From assembly GCA_047946875.1 (NCBI GenBank), contig CP181398.1, positions 271,154 to 335,153 on the forward strand: a stretch of DNA of 64,000 nucleotides, read 5' to 3'. Shown here in pieces: positions 39,877 to 50,186 of this stretch. The translations under genes were made by a program, and so were the position numbers. The notes under the pieces are model-generated. The model saw nothing but the letters and a program-made list of their open reading frames with translations. It made no database searches and was not told the origin of the DNA. Origin of the DNA: Candidatus Kerfeldbacteria bacterium (GTDB lineage: Bacteria > Patescibacteriota > Patescibacteriia > UBA10025 > JAHIVO01). The number at the start of each line of letters is the position of its first letter. Position 1 is the stretch's first letter.

Positions 39877-40786
39877 CTGGAAAAAAATATTAGTATATAT
39901 AAAAACAGCTGGTGAGGATGGTTGTATTGATCATAGTCAAGTTAAAGACGATAATTATCAGTTTTGGGAAGATATTGGAGTGTTTAATCACTCTGCTTCT
40001 GGTGAATTGACGGAGGCAGGTAGAGCCGTATTTGAAGCGTTGTATATTAGATGTGATGGTGAAGAAGTAAATATTTTACGCCAACTTTTATTATCTTATC
40101 CTCCCACAATTGCTGTTCAGCAATATTTGTGGGGTGTCACTAATGTTACTGTTGAACAAGTGCTTACCGTACTTAAAACAACAAATTTTTGGTTTTATGA
40201 TTCTAGAGAGCCTCTTACGCATTTTTTGGACTTACTTAATTATGTGAGCATTGTTAATTATAAGAAAAAAATACGAAAGGTTAAAATATTGATTTCTCCT
40301 GACACTCTTTATGTACCAAAGAATGTTTTCATTGATCCAACAAGGCCATTTTCAAATATTGTTTGGGTGAAACGAATTCTTGGTGAATGTGAACAGAGTA
40401 TATGTTGGTTAGATAAGCATTTTCAAAAAGAAGCGCTTGAGTGGTTGTGGGCGATTTCTGATGCTAATAAAATTAATGAAATTCGTATTCTTTCTCTAGA
40501 TTTGGGAGATGCAAATTTAAGTAGTGGAGCAAAGAAGGAGTATAGGAGGTTTAAAAAGGAGATGAGTAATAAGGGTATTAATGTTAAGTGGGCGACAATT
40601 GAAAGCCATGACATAAAAGATGCTCACGACCGCTGGATAATTGGTGCAAATGAATATTTACGAAATGTCCCTAATGTAAATGCTATTTCTTCAGGACAAC
40701 GATCTGAAATGAATTATTCTGAAAATTATGACAAAGCGTCATCTGCATTTACTGGTTATTGGAGGAAGGCAACGGAGATTAACTAA
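39836..40786 (+). CDS. Hypothetical protein with C-terminal PLD-like nuclease fold
   Basis: 'ICWLDKHF' and 'AHDRWII' motifs; overlaps upstream gene. Confidence 0.6.
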   Translation: MRKYNQMEMLPQNNWKKILVYIKTAGEDGCIDHSQVKDDNYQFWEDIGVFNHSASGELTEAGRAVFEALYIRCDGEEVNILRQLLLSYPPTIAVQQYLWGVTNVTVEQVLTVLKTTNFWFYDSREPLTHFLDLLNYVSIVNYKKKIRKVKILISPDTLYVPKNVFIDPTRPFSNIVWVKRILGECEQSICWLDKHFQKEALEWLWAISDANKINEIRILSLDLGDANLSSGAKKEYRRFKKEMSNKGINVKWATIESHDIKDAHDRWIIGANEYLRNVPNVNAISSGQRSEMNYSENYDKASSAFTGYWRKATEIN

Positions 40787-40992
40787 TTCAAAATATTCGT
40801 AGTCAAGCGAAGAAAACTTAATATTTCCCACTTTACAAACAAACGGGGATTTTTTTGTTAGTTTGGAGATAGCTTAAAATATTACGTTATTTTAGCTAAG
40901 AAACTATCAAACCTTAATAATATTGTAGCAAATAATAGGTAAATAATAAAGTTTATATTTAATCAAAGTAATGGTATAATAAGAGACAAAAT

Positions 40993-42687
40993 ATGATAAA
41001 AAAGTGGCAAATAGCAAAAAAAATATCAAAAGAGTTTCAAAATGAGTTTCCTGAAGTAAACCCAATTATTTTACAACTTTTGTACAATAGAGGTCTACAA
41101 ACACAAGAAGAAATTGATGAATTTTTGAACCCTGATTATGGTCAAGATATCCATGATCCTTTTTTATTTAGAGATATGAAAAAGGCGGTTAAAAGGATTA
41201 TGCTAGCTATAGAAAAGAAACAAAAGATAACAGTGCATGGTGATTATGATGCAGATGGTGTGAGCGCTACCGTTGTAATAGTAACAACATTGAAGGCTTT
41301 GGGAGCTAAGGTAGATGTTTATATTCCGCATCGTGTATCAGAAGGGTATGGTCTAAATATTAATACTGTTAATACCCTAAATGAAAAAGAGACTAATTTG
41401 ATAATTACGGTAGATTGTGGCATCTCAAATCATGAAGAGGTTGAGCTGGTTAACAAATTAGGAATGGATATTATAATTACTGATCACCATAAGGAGCCAC
41501 CCGTACTTCCTAAGTCTTTAGCGTTGATAAATCCTCATGTAAAAGGAGAAAAATACCCATTTGAAGAACTGGCAGGAGTAGGAGTTGCTTTTAAATTGGT
41601 TCAAGCATTAGTAAAAGAAGATGATGGTAAGAAAATAAAAAGTGGTTTTGAGAAATGGTTATTAGATATTGTAGCGATCGGGACAATAGGTGATTGTGTG
41701 CCATTAGTTGGTGAAAACAGAACACTAGTTAAATATGGTCTGGTGGTTATAAGAAAATCAAAACGTCTTGGACTTAGAGAGATGGTAGAGTCAACAAGGT
41801 TTAATCTAGAAACTTTAGATACTATGAATGTAAGTTTTGGTATTGTTCCAAAAATTAATGCAGCTGGAAGGTTGGGTCATGCAAATACAGCTTATGAATT
41901 ATTGATGACAAAAAAAGATGCAGAGGCAAAAAAAATTGCTGATGATTTGGAAAATACTAATAAGGAAAGACAAAAAATAACCGAAAAAATATTAAGTGCG
42001 TCTAATGAACAGATTGGGGGAGTAGACAAGCAAAAAATACTTTTTGCAAGTGGTGAGGGATGGCAAGTTGGTGTTGTTGGATTGGTTGCTGGTAGGTTGT
42101 CAGATAAATACGCTCGTCCAGTAATTATTATGGGAGAAAGTAAGGATGAGATAGTTGGTTCGGGACGTTCTATACCTGGATTTGATATAACCAAAGCCTT
42201 GGTAGAATCAAGTGAATATTTGGAAAGATATGGTGGTCATGCAGCGGCTTGTGGCTTTACTTTGAAAAAAGGAATGAAAAATGAATTTATTAGTAGTATG
42301 GAGAAAATCGCAAATAGAGAAATTTCAGATGGAGGAGTAGTCAAAAGTTTTAAGATTGATAGGGAAGTAAAATTAAATGAAATAGATTGGGGTTTAGTCA
42401 ATAAGTTAGAGAATTTCGAACCATTCGGCCAGGGAAATAAACAACCAATGTTTGTTGCATATAATTTGACTGTAAAAGATTTCCAAAAAATTGGATCTAC
42501 TGGGAGACATTTGCGAATGATGGTAGAGCAGGAAGGAGTTGAAAGAAAAATTATAGCATTTGGTTTTGGTGAAACATTAGGAAATGAGTTAAGTATTGGA
42601 GAAAAAAAAGATATGCTTTTCGAGATTTCTATTAACGAATGGAATGGCAATAGGGAATTACAATTAAAGTTGGTTGATACAAATTAA
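40993..42687 (+). CDS. recJ: ssDNA-specific exonuclease RecJ
   Basis: 'GDYDADG', 'TVDCG', 'TDHH', 'INAAGR', 'GSGRS', 'GGHAAACG', 'EPFGQGN'. Confidence 0.97.
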   Translation: MIKKWQIAKKISKEFQNEFPEVNPIILQLLYNRGLQTQEEIDEFLNPDYGQDIHDPFLFRDMKKAVKRIMLAIEKKQKITVHGDYDADGVSATVVIVTTLKALGAKVDVYIPHRVSEGYGLNINTVNTLNEKETNLIITVDCGISNHEEVELVNKLGMDIIITDHHKEPPVLPKSLALINPHVKGEKYPFEELAGVGVAFKLVQALVKEDDGKKIKSGFEKWLLDIVAIGTIGDCVPLVGENRTLVKYGLVVIRKSKRLGLREMVESTRFNLETLDTMNVSFGIVPKINAAGRLGHANTAYELLMTKKDAEAKKIADDLENTNKERQKITEKILSASNEQIGGVDKQKILFASGEGWQVGVVGLVAGRLSDKYARPVIIMGESKDEIVGSGRSIPGFDITKALVESSEYLERYGGHAAACGFTLKKGMKNEFISSMEKIANREISDGGVVKSFKIDREVKLNEIDWGLVNKLENFEPFGQGNKQPMFVAYNLTVKDFQKIGSTGRHLRMMVEQEGVERKIIAFGFGETLGNELSIGEKKDMLFEISINEWNGNRELQLKLVDTN

Positions 42688-42699
42688 AAAAATGTAATT

Positions 42700-43365
42700 G
42701 TGAAAAATAAAAAAGAAATTGTAAATAAGTTAAAAAAAGAGTTAAATCATAATGGATACTTTACAAATTTTTTTAAGAAATATGGGTTATCTGACTTGTA
42801 TATTGGAAAAGGTACTCTTGGTCCAGAAATGAGTTGGGTTGCATATAATCTAACAAAATATATATTTCGAAATAAAACTTCTTTTAAAGACAAAAAAGTG
42901 TTGGATATGGGAGTTGGATCTGGAATGCAGACGGTTGCATCTGTATTAGCTGGTGCAAAAAAGGTATATTCTTTGGACATATCACCTGAGGCTATAAAAA
43001 GTATTAAACTTAATAAAAAGAAGTTTAAAATGAGTAATGTAAGAATAATGAAGAGTAATTTATTTCATAAGCTGACTAATGAGTTATTTGATATAATTAT
43101 TTTTAACCATCCATTTTTAGAAGGAACACCAAAAAATAGTTCTGACTTTGTTTATCTAACTGCCAAAAAAACATTAAACAATTTTTTTATTAATGCAAAA
43201 AAATTCTTAAGTAAAAATGGTATAATAATTATGCCATTTTCTTATTTAGGAGATCATGATCCCAGTTTTTATGCAAGGAAATATAATTACAGTATCAATA
43301 AAAAAATATTGTTTAAAAATAAATATGGAAAGCATGCCATTTTTTTTATTAAAAATAAGAAATGA
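42700..43365 (+). CDS. SAM-dependent methyltransferase (PrmC/HemK2-like)
   Basis: 'VLDMGVGSG', 'SLDIS', 'FDIIIFNHPF'. Confidence 0.8.
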   Translation: MKNKKEIVNKLKKELNHNGYFTNFFKKYGLSDLYIGKGTLGPEMSWVAYNLTKYIFRNKTSFKDKKVLDMGVGSGMQTVASVLAGAKKVYSLDISPEAIKSIKLNKKKFKMSNVRIMKSNLFHKLTNELFDIIIFNHPFLEGTPKNSSDFVYLTAKKTLNNFFINAKKFLSKNGIIIMPFSYLGDHDPSFYARKYNYSINKKILFKNKYGKHAIFFIKNKK

Positions 43366-44057
43366 AGAATTTTCTAGGAAATAAAATATTAATATTAACC
43401 GCACATCCTGATGATGAAAGTTATGTAGCAGCTGGGACAATATTTAAAAATTACCAGGGGGGCGGATCAACTATATTAGTTTGTGCTAGTTATGGAGAGA
43501 AAGGTACTTCTCATTTGAAAAAGAAGCTATCTGTAAATAAATTTAAAAAAGTTAGAAATCAGGAATTATTAAAAGCAGCTAAAGTATTACATATTGATCC
43601 GGTGCATATCATTGGAGTTCCTGATGGTCAGGTAGAAAGTAATAAAAAAAAGGTTTTTAATTATTTTCTTAAATATGCTGAAAAATGTAATCCACAAATA
43701 ATTATTAGTTTTAATAAAGATGGTATATCTGGTCATCATGACCATATTGCAGTGGGTGAGGTAGCAAAAAAAGTTGCTAACAAAATTAAAATACCGTTCG
43801 CTTCATTTTCATTACCACCCAAGGTTCAGAAAGAGGCGATTAAATATCTCAAAACTAGGAGAACAGCCGGTCATTATGCAAATAAAGTAAATTATATTAA
43901 ACCAAATTTTAGAATTAAGATAAATCGAAGCATTAAGAAAAAAGCCATTCAATGTCATCAGTCGCAGTTAGATGGTAATAAGGCTTTTACGGGATTCCCT
44001 GATTTTGCTGTAAAGGAATTATTGAAAGCTGAATATTTTATTATTAATAGTAAATAA
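43362..44057 (+). CDS. PIG-L/LmbE family deacetylase
   Basis: 'AHPDDE', 'GEKG', 'GHHDH', 'HQSQ'. Confidence 0.9.
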   Translation: MKNFLGNKILILTAHPDDESYVAAGTIFKNYQGGGSTILVCASYGEKGTSHLKKKLSVNKFKKVRNQELLKAAKVLHIDPVHIIGVPDGQVESNKKKVFNYFLKYAEKCNPQIIISFNKDGISGHHDHIAVGEVAKKVANKIKIPFASFSLPPKVQKEAIKYLKTRRTAGHYANKVNYIKPNFRIKINRSIKKKAIQCHQSQLDGNKAFTGFPDFAVKELLKAEYFIINSK

Positions 44058-44059
44058 AT

Positions 44060-44467
44060 ATGTCTGGAACAATACTTGATATATATACTGATGGTGGATC
44101 AAGAGGTAATCCTGGACCTTCAGGTATTGGAGTAGTGATCAAAGAAAATAAGGAGAATATTGGTACATTTGCTAAATATATTGGTGAAGGAACTAATAAT
44201 CAAGCTGAATATGAAGCTGTTATATTAGGCTTAGAAGAAGCAAAAAAATTGAAAGCAGATGAATTGAATTTTTTTATTGATAGTGAATTAGTAGTAAATC
44301 AATTAAATAGAAAATATAAAGTTAAAGATCAGAAGCTAGGTTCATTGTTTGTAAAAGCATGGAATTTGATGACAAATTTTAAGTTGGTTACATATACTCA
44401 CATTCCTAGAGAAAAAAATACAGAAGCAGATGCTTTAGTTAATCAAGCGTTAGACGCACAAAAATGA
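44060..44467 (+). CDS. rnhA: Ribonuclease HI (archaeal/bacterial RNase HI-like)
   Basis: 'TDGGSRGNPGPSG', 'TNNQAEY', 'DSELVV', 'HIPREKNTEAD'. Confidence 0.92.
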   Translation: MSGTILDIYTDGGSRGNPGPSGIGVVIKENKENIGTFAKYIGEGTNNQAEYEAVILGLEEAKKLKADELNFFIDSELVVNQLNRKYKVKDQKLGSLFVKAWNLMTNFKLVTYTHIPREKNTEADALVNQALDAQK

Positions 44468-45342
44468 TATACGATATTTTATTAACAGTTGGGTTGTTAG
44501 GGATATTGTTTTTTGGTTTGGCTTGGTATATGTCAAATCGAGTTATTACTTATCCTAGGGAGATAAAAAAAGAAGATTGGAATAATTATAATTTAAAACC
44601 AGAACGTCTAGAATTTGAGGCCAAGGATGGCATTAAGATTGCAGGAGTGTTTTTGGCTGGTACTAATGGTGTTACCATAATATTATTACATGGTTATGGA
44701 CGATCAAAAGAGCAGATGTTGCCTCAGGCTGCCTTCCTTAATGAGGCAGGCTATAATATTTTGATGTTTGATTTTAGAGGGTCGGGTGAAAGTGGAGGAA
44801 ATTTTTTAACTTTTGGACATATGGAGCAATATGATTTGGAAGGGGCAATAAAATATTTACAAAAACGTGGAGATGTCGATATTAATAATTTAGGTCTTTT
44901 AGGTTTTTCTATGGGAGGAGCTGTCGCTATAATGAAATCAGGAGATTTACCGGAGATTAAAGCAATTGTAATAAGTTCAACTTATGCAAGATTTAAAACA
45001 GTAATTTGGAAAAATTTTAAAGAGTATTTACGGGGAATACCATTTTTCCCAATTGGATATATTACTTTATGGATAATCAAATTTCGAACAGGTATTTGGA
45101 TAGATAAAATTAATCCAATAAAGTATGTTCATAAGTTAAAAGGACGCCCATTATTTTTGATACATGGAGCGCATGATAAAAAAATTCCAATCGAAGGAGC
45201 AATGGATCTGTATAAAGAAGCTCCATGGTTAGAAGAGTTTTGGTTTGTTAAGGGTGCGGATCATGATGATTTATACAATGTAACCAAAAAAGAGTACCAA
45301 GAAAAAGTACTAAATTTTTATAGTAAGCATTTATTAAGTTAA
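44464..45342 (+). CDS. Membrane-anchored alpha/beta hydrolase
   Basis: 'LHGY', 'DFRGSGES', nucleophile elbow 'GFSMGG', 'HGAHD', 'GADH'. Confidence 0.88.
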   Translation: MIYDILLTVGLLGILFFGLAWYMSNRVITYPREIKKEDWNNYNLKPERLEFEAKDGIKIAGVFLAGTNGVTIILLHGYGRSKEQMLPQAAFLNEAGYNILMFDFRGSGESGGNFLTFGHMEQYDLEGAIKYLQKRGDVDINNLGLLGFSMGGAVAIMKSGDLPEIKAIVISSTYARFKTVIWKNFKEYLRGIPFFPIGYITLWIIKFRTGIWIDKINPIKYVHKLKGRPLFLIHGAHDKKIPIEGAMDLYKEAPWLEEFWFVKGADHDDLYNVTKKEYQEKVLNFYSKHLLS

Positions 45343-45376
45343 CAAGTGTTAATAGGTCTATTTTTTTAATTATCTA

Positions 45377-45405
45377 TTGACAAAAATAGCCTTTTTAGCT
45401 ATGAT
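45377..45405 (+). promoter_or_regulatory. sigma70 promoter of rnpB
   Basis: TTGACA, 17 bp, TATGAT directly upstream of P1. Confidence 0.75.
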
Positions 45406-45410
45406 AGTAT

Positions 45411-45896
45411 ATACCTAAGTGAACTGGATGATTACCCTTTTGCATTATTTTGTACAGGGGAGGAAAGTCCGAACACCTCTTCGTGTAATAGCGAAGGATA
45501 AAGATAGTCGTTAACGGCGACCGAGTAGGATAATTTTTAAGAGAGCAATTGCCTTTTAAAGGTTATAATGCCTAGGGAAAGTGTCACAGAGACAATACCG
45601 CCTACCTTCGTTCACCTGTGGTGAACTACGGCAGGCAGGCCTAAAAGTAGGCTTGCCCAACGAAGCTCGCTAAAGGCGAGCGTAGGTGGGTAAGGGTGAA
45701 AAGAGTGGTGTAAGAGACCACAAGTAGGTTAGGTGACTAACCAGCGTGAAAAACCCTATCTGGTGCAAGATCAAGTAGGTCTATCGTAAGATAGGCGGGT
45801 TGATTGCTGGAGCTTAATAGTAATATTAAGCCAAGATAGATGATCATCGTCCCGCTTGCGGGATACAGAATTCGGCTTATAGGTTTGCTTAGGTAT
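45411..45896 (+). ncRNA. rnpB: RNase P RNA
   Basis: GAGGAAAGTCC, GAAAGTGTCACAGA, AAGGGTGAAA..GTAAGAG, AAACCC, ACAGAATTCGGCTTAT conserved blocks; P1 ATACCTAAGTGAAC/GTTTGCTTAGGTAT. Confidence 0.95.
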
Positions 45897-45924
45897 AAAA
45901 AAATATAAATATTAATCATAAAAA

Positions 45925-47316
45925 ATGAAAAAATCCGAATTGCTTTTTAGTGCAATTATGGTGCCAGTAGATTATGTAATGGTTTTTTTAGCTGGTATAA
46001 TTGCCTATAATTTGAGATTTGTTCCTTTCTTCACAGACATTAGACCAATAGTCAGTGAAATAAATTTTAATCAACTTATTACCGTATTATTTTTTGTTCC
46101 GGTGATTTTTTTGTTAGTTTTTGCTATTGCTGGTTTATATCAGATAAAAGTAACTCGTAGGGTATTTGATGAAATGACTAAAGTTTTTGTAGCAGCAAGT
46201 GCTGGTATATCAATTGTTATTATTGTAATTTTTTTCCAACGTGAATTAATTTCTTCACGTTTCTTAGTCTTAATCGGTTGGATTTTTGCTGTAGTTTTAG
46301 TTATGATCGGTAGATTATTAATTAGAGCTATTCAAAGATATTTTTTGAGAAGAGGAATTGGGATTCATAATGTTATTGTAATTGGAAATGATAGCACCAC
46401 CGAAGATATAATTAAACAAATATATAAATTTCCTTACTTAGGTTATAAGGTTGTATCTAGATATAATAAATTTGACGATGAATCTAAGGCGGATATTATC
46501 GAAAAAATAAATACAACTTCAGTAGATGAAATAATACAAGCTGATACTAATACTTCAAAAGATGAAGCGCTAAGTATTAAATATTTTAGTAACGAACATC
46601 ATTTAGTATTTAAATATGCAACTGATTTATTTGATGTTCAGCCTAATCATATAGAGATTAATACAATCGCTGGAATCCCAATAATAGAAGTAAAGAGAAC
46701 TAAGCTTGATGGGTGGGGAAGGATTTTTAAAAGAGTTTTTGATATTATATTTTCGTTTATAATTTTAGTAATATTATCACCATTATTGATAGTGGTTGGA
46801 TTTTTGATTGTAGTTGATTCGCAGGGAGGTATGTTGGTGAAGTTGGATAGAGTGGGAGAAAAAGGAAAAAGATTTAAATTACTGAAGTTTCGTTCGATGG
46901 TAAAAAATGCTCATACTCTAAAAAAAGAATTACTTGAACAAAACGAAAGAGCGGATGGACCATTATTTAAAATAAAAAATGACCCTAGAATTACTAGAAT
47001 GGGTAGATTTATTAGAAAAACTAGCATTGATGAATTACCTCAATTATTCAATGTATTAAGGGGGGAGATAAGTTTGGTAGGGCCTAGACCTCATGAACCA
47101 GAAGAAGTAGATAAATACGAAAAAAGGTATTTGAAATTATTATTGATTAAACCCGGCGTTACAGGCATGGCGCAAATATCTGGTCGTTCTGATTTGAAAT
47201 TTGACGATGAAGCAAAACTAGATATATATTATATAGAAAATTGGTCACCAGAATTAGATTTACAAATATTAATAAAAACTCCTTGGGTTGTATTAACCGG
47301 GAGATCAGCCTCATAA
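45925..47316 (+). CDS. Priming polyprenyl glycosylphosphotransferase (WcaJ/WbaP family)
   Basis: 'KRVFDI', 'KFRSM', 'DPRIT..GRFIRKTSIDELPQ', 'SLVGPRP', 'KPGVTGMAQ'. Confidence 0.92.
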   Translation: MKKSELLFSAIMVPVDYVMVFLAGIIAYNLRFVPFFTDIRPIVSEINFNQLITVLFFVPVIFLLVFAIAGLYQIKVTRRVFDEMTKVFVAASAGISIVIIVIFFQRELISSRFLVLIGWIFAVVLVMIGRLLIRAIQRYFLRRGIGIHNVIVIGNDSTTEDIIKQIYKFPYLGYKVVSRYNKFDDESKADIIEKINTTSVDEIIQADTNTSKDEALSIKYFSNEHHLVFKYATDLFDVQPNHIEINTIAGIPIIEVKRTKLDGWGRIFKRVFDIIFSFIILVILSPLLIVVGFLIVVDSQGGMLVKLDRVGEKGKRFKLLKFRSMVKNAHTLKKELLEQNERADGPLFKIKNDPRITRMGRFIRKTSIDELPQLFNVLRGEISLVGPRPHEPEEVDKYEKRYLKLLLIKPGVTGMAQISGRSDLKFDDEAKLDIYYIENWSPELDLQILIKTPWVVLTGRSAS

Positions 47317-47320
47317 AAAT

Positions 47321-48421
47321 ATGAAAATTGGATTAGTTCATGATCATCTGAATCAATTAGGGGGAGCAGAAAGAGTTTTAAAAACTTTTTGTGAAATGTA
47401 TCCTAAGTCACCGGTACATACATTAATTTATGATCAAAAAAATACTCAGGACGTTTTTAAGGATTACAAAGTAATAGAATCATTTATTTCTAAGATGCCT
47501 TTTGCAAGGAAGAAATTTCGTTGGTATTTACCGTTGATGGTACCTGCTACTGAAGGTTATAATTTATCAGGTTATGATGTATTATTGTCAGATAGTTCTG
47601 GTATGGCTAAAGGTATAATTACTGATCCAAGATCATTGCATATTTGTTATTGTCACACACCTACACGGTATTTGTGGAGTGACCACAATGTTATAATTGA
47701 TAAACTTGAACGTAACAGAATAATCGGTAGATTATCACAATTATATAGAAGTTATTTACGAATCTGGGATAGGCAAGCAGCTGATAGAGTGGATAAATTT
47801 ATTGCAAATTCAAAGTATGTAGCCCAAAGGATTAAAAAATATTATAAGAGAGATAGTGTAGTTATTCATCCTCCTGTAGATATATCTAGGTTTAAAATAT
47901 CCAATGAGGTCAAAGACTATTTCTTAATAATTTCTAGGTTAAGACCTTACAAAAAAGTTGATTTAGCTATTCAAGCTTTTAATAAATTAGGCTTACCTTT
48001 GTATATTATTGGTACTGGAGAAGAAGAGAATAGATTAAAAGAGATGGCTGGTCCTCATATTAAATTTTTAGGAAATGTTTCGGATGAAAAAGCTGTTGAG
48101 TATTTGTCACAATGTCAGGCTTTTATACATCCACAGGAGGAGGATTTTGGCATAACACCAGTAGAAGCTATGGCTTGTGGACGACCCGTAATAGCGTATG
48201 GCATTGGTGGGGCTCTCGAGACAGTGATAAATGGGAAAACTGGTGTGCATTTTGATGAACAATCATGGGAGGCTTTGGCTGATACAGTTATTCATTTCAA
48301 ATCAAGTGATTATAATCCTGAGGAAATAAGAAGACATGCAGAGAGTTTTGATGTTGAGCATTTTAAGAGTAAAATCAATGCTTTTATCGAATCTTCTTGG
48401 CAAGAGTTCAATTCTCAGTAA
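47321..48421 (+). CDS. Glycosyltransferase family 4
   Basis: 'GGAERV', 'YCHTPTRYLW', 'EDFGITPVEAMACG'. Confidence 0.9.
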   Translation: MKIGLVHDHLNQLGGAERVLKTFCEMYPKSPVHTLIYDQKNTQDVFKDYKVIESFISKMPFARKKFRWYLPLMVPATEGYNLSGYDVLLSDSSGMAKGIITDPRSLHICYCHTPTRYLWSDHNVIIDKLERNRIIGRLSQLYRSYLRIWDRQAADRVDKFIANSKYVAQRIKKYYKRDSVVIHPPVDISRFKISNEVKDYFLIISRLRPYKKVDLAIQAFNKLGLPLYIIGTGEEENRLKEMAGPHIKFLGNVSDEKAVEYLSQCQAFIHPQEEDFGITPVEAMACGRPVIAYGIGGALETVINGKTGVHFDEQSWEALADTVIHFKSSDYNPEEIRRHAESFDVEHFKSKINAFIESSWQEFNSQ

Positions 48422-48455
48422 TAATAAAGAAGTATAATAAATAAATTAATAATAT

Positions 48456-49070
48456 ATGAATATCTTTAAAAAATATCGATGGTTAATAATTATTATTACA
48501 GTAGTTGCTGTTGCTGGAGGCACTATTTTTACAATAATGAAACCGGTTTATTATGATACTTCAATATCATTTTCTATTAATAGGTTAAATCATCAAACTA
48601 CCGGAGAATATCAATATGATGGTTATTATGCTATTCAAGCTTCTGATTTATTTTCTCAGACTGTTATGAGTTGGATGTTAACCCCATCTGTATTATTAGA
48701 AATATATAGTCAAGCAGAAATTGATCCACAAATAACATCATTAGAAGAAATATCTTCTCGCTTTAAAGCAAAAAAATATTCACCTCAAAATATTGTTATC
48801 AGTTATAAAGAAAGAGATTATGATACTGCGGAAAAAATATCATCAGCTATTATCACAATCGTAGAGGCTAAAGCAAAAACATCTAATACAACCACTGATG
48901 ATGAAGCATTATTTGATGTAAAAGGTACAATACCTGTTATTGTAGAAAGAGCTCCAATTTTGTGGCTAAATATTTTGATATCATTAATAAGTGGACTAGT
49001 AATTAGTTCTCTAGCCGCATATATTATTGAATATTTGAGAAAAGATAATATTCAACAGGAAAACCAATAA
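48456..49070 (+). CDS. Wzz/YveK-like polysaccharide chain-length protein
   Basis: Two terminal TM helices around a soluble loop; 'KPVYY' after TM1; EPS context. Confidence 0.65.
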   Translation: MNIFKKYRWLIIIITVVAVAGGTIFTIMKPVYYDTSISFSINRLNHQTTGEYQYDGYYAIQASDLFSQTVMSWMLTPSVLLEIYSQAEIDPQITSLEEISSRFKAKKYSPQNIVISYKERDYDTAEKISSAIITIVEAKAKTSNTTTDDEALFDVKGTIPVIVERAPILWLNILISLISGLVISSLAAYIIEYLRKDNIQQENQ

Positions 49071-50177
49071 ATGCGAATAGGTGTTGACATAAGATCACTT
49101 ATTGAACCTTTTCCATCCGGTGTTAGTGAATATACATTTAATGTACTAAAATATATTTTATCTCATGATAAGGAGAATAAATATATTTTGTTTTACAATG
49201 CAAAAACAGAAATTGATGAAAAATATTCCAAAATTTTTTCCGGGAATAATGTTGAATTAAAGATATGGAGATGGCCAAATAAATTTTTTAATTTAGCACT
49301 ATTTATTGGTGCATTTTTTAAGATTGATAAAATGATTGGGGGAGTAGATATCTTTTATATGCCTAACGTTAATTTTTTTAGTATTTCAAGAAAAGTAAAA
49401 ATGATTTTAACAGTACATGACTTATCATTTTTATATCCTAAATATTACAATTTCAAATCTGGTTTATGGCATAAGTTTATTAGACCAAAACAATCAATAG
49501 AGCGAGCAAATAAAATTATCGCTGTATCTGAAAGTACTAAGAATGATTTGGTAGAAAATTATAATATTTCTAGAGATAAGGTACAAGTGATATATTCAGG
49601 TGTAGATATTAAAAAGTATGAAAATCTAGATAATGATAAATTTGAAAGAATAAAAAATCGTTATAAATTAGATGGTAATTTTTTTCTATATTTAGGGAAT
49701 GTTGAAAATAGAAAGAATATTGAAGGGATTATAAATGCCTGGGAAAAATTAAATATAGTGCATACTTATCAGCTTGTTATTGCAGGGAGAATTAATGACA
49801 GTAAAATTGTAAAAGATTACCCGGATGTTAATTTTATTAATTATGTTCATGAAAATGATAAAGCATATTTGTATAAATTAGCGAAGGCATTTGTTTACCC
49901 ATCATTTTATGAAGGTTTTGGTTTACCTGTTTTAGAAGCGATGGCAGCTGGGTGCCCAGTGATTACCAGTAATTCAACTTCTTTGCCAGAAGTTGCACAA
50001 AAAGCAGCACTATTAGTAGATCCACATAATATCGAAGAGATTTATAAGGCAATGAATGATATAATAATTAACATTGAATTAAGGAGAACATTAGTTAATA
50101 ATGCTTTTAGCCATATTGAAAAGTTTAATTGGAATAATACGGCTAATCAAATGATAAAATTATTTAAGGAAGTTTAA
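49071..50177 (+). CDS. Glycosyltransferase family 4 (MtfB-like)
   Basis: 'TVHDL', 'RKNIEG', 'PSFYEGFGLPVLEAMAAG'. Confidence 0.9.
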   Translation: MRIGVDIRSLIEPFPSGVSEYTFNVLKYILSHDKENKYILFYNAKTEIDEKYSKIFSGNNVELKIWRWPNKFFNLALFIGAFFKIDKMIGGVDIFYMPNVNFFSISRKVKMILTVHDLSFLYPKYYNFKSGLWHKFIRPKQSIERANKIIAVSESTKNDLVENYNISRDKVQVIYSGVDIKKYENLDNDKFERIKNRYKLDGNFFLYLGNVENRKNIEGIINAWEKLNIVHTYQLVIAGRINDSKIVKDYPDVNFINYVHENDKAYLYKLAKAFVYPSFYEGFGLPVLEAMAAGCPVITSNSTSLPEVAQKAALLVDPHNIEEIYKAMNDIIINIELRRTLVNNAFSHIEKFNWNNTANQMIKLFKEV

Positions 50178-50186
50178 TATATAATT

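Noticed and set aside
45737-45919. 60-aa minus-strand ORF
   Set aside because: Antisense to RNase P RNA
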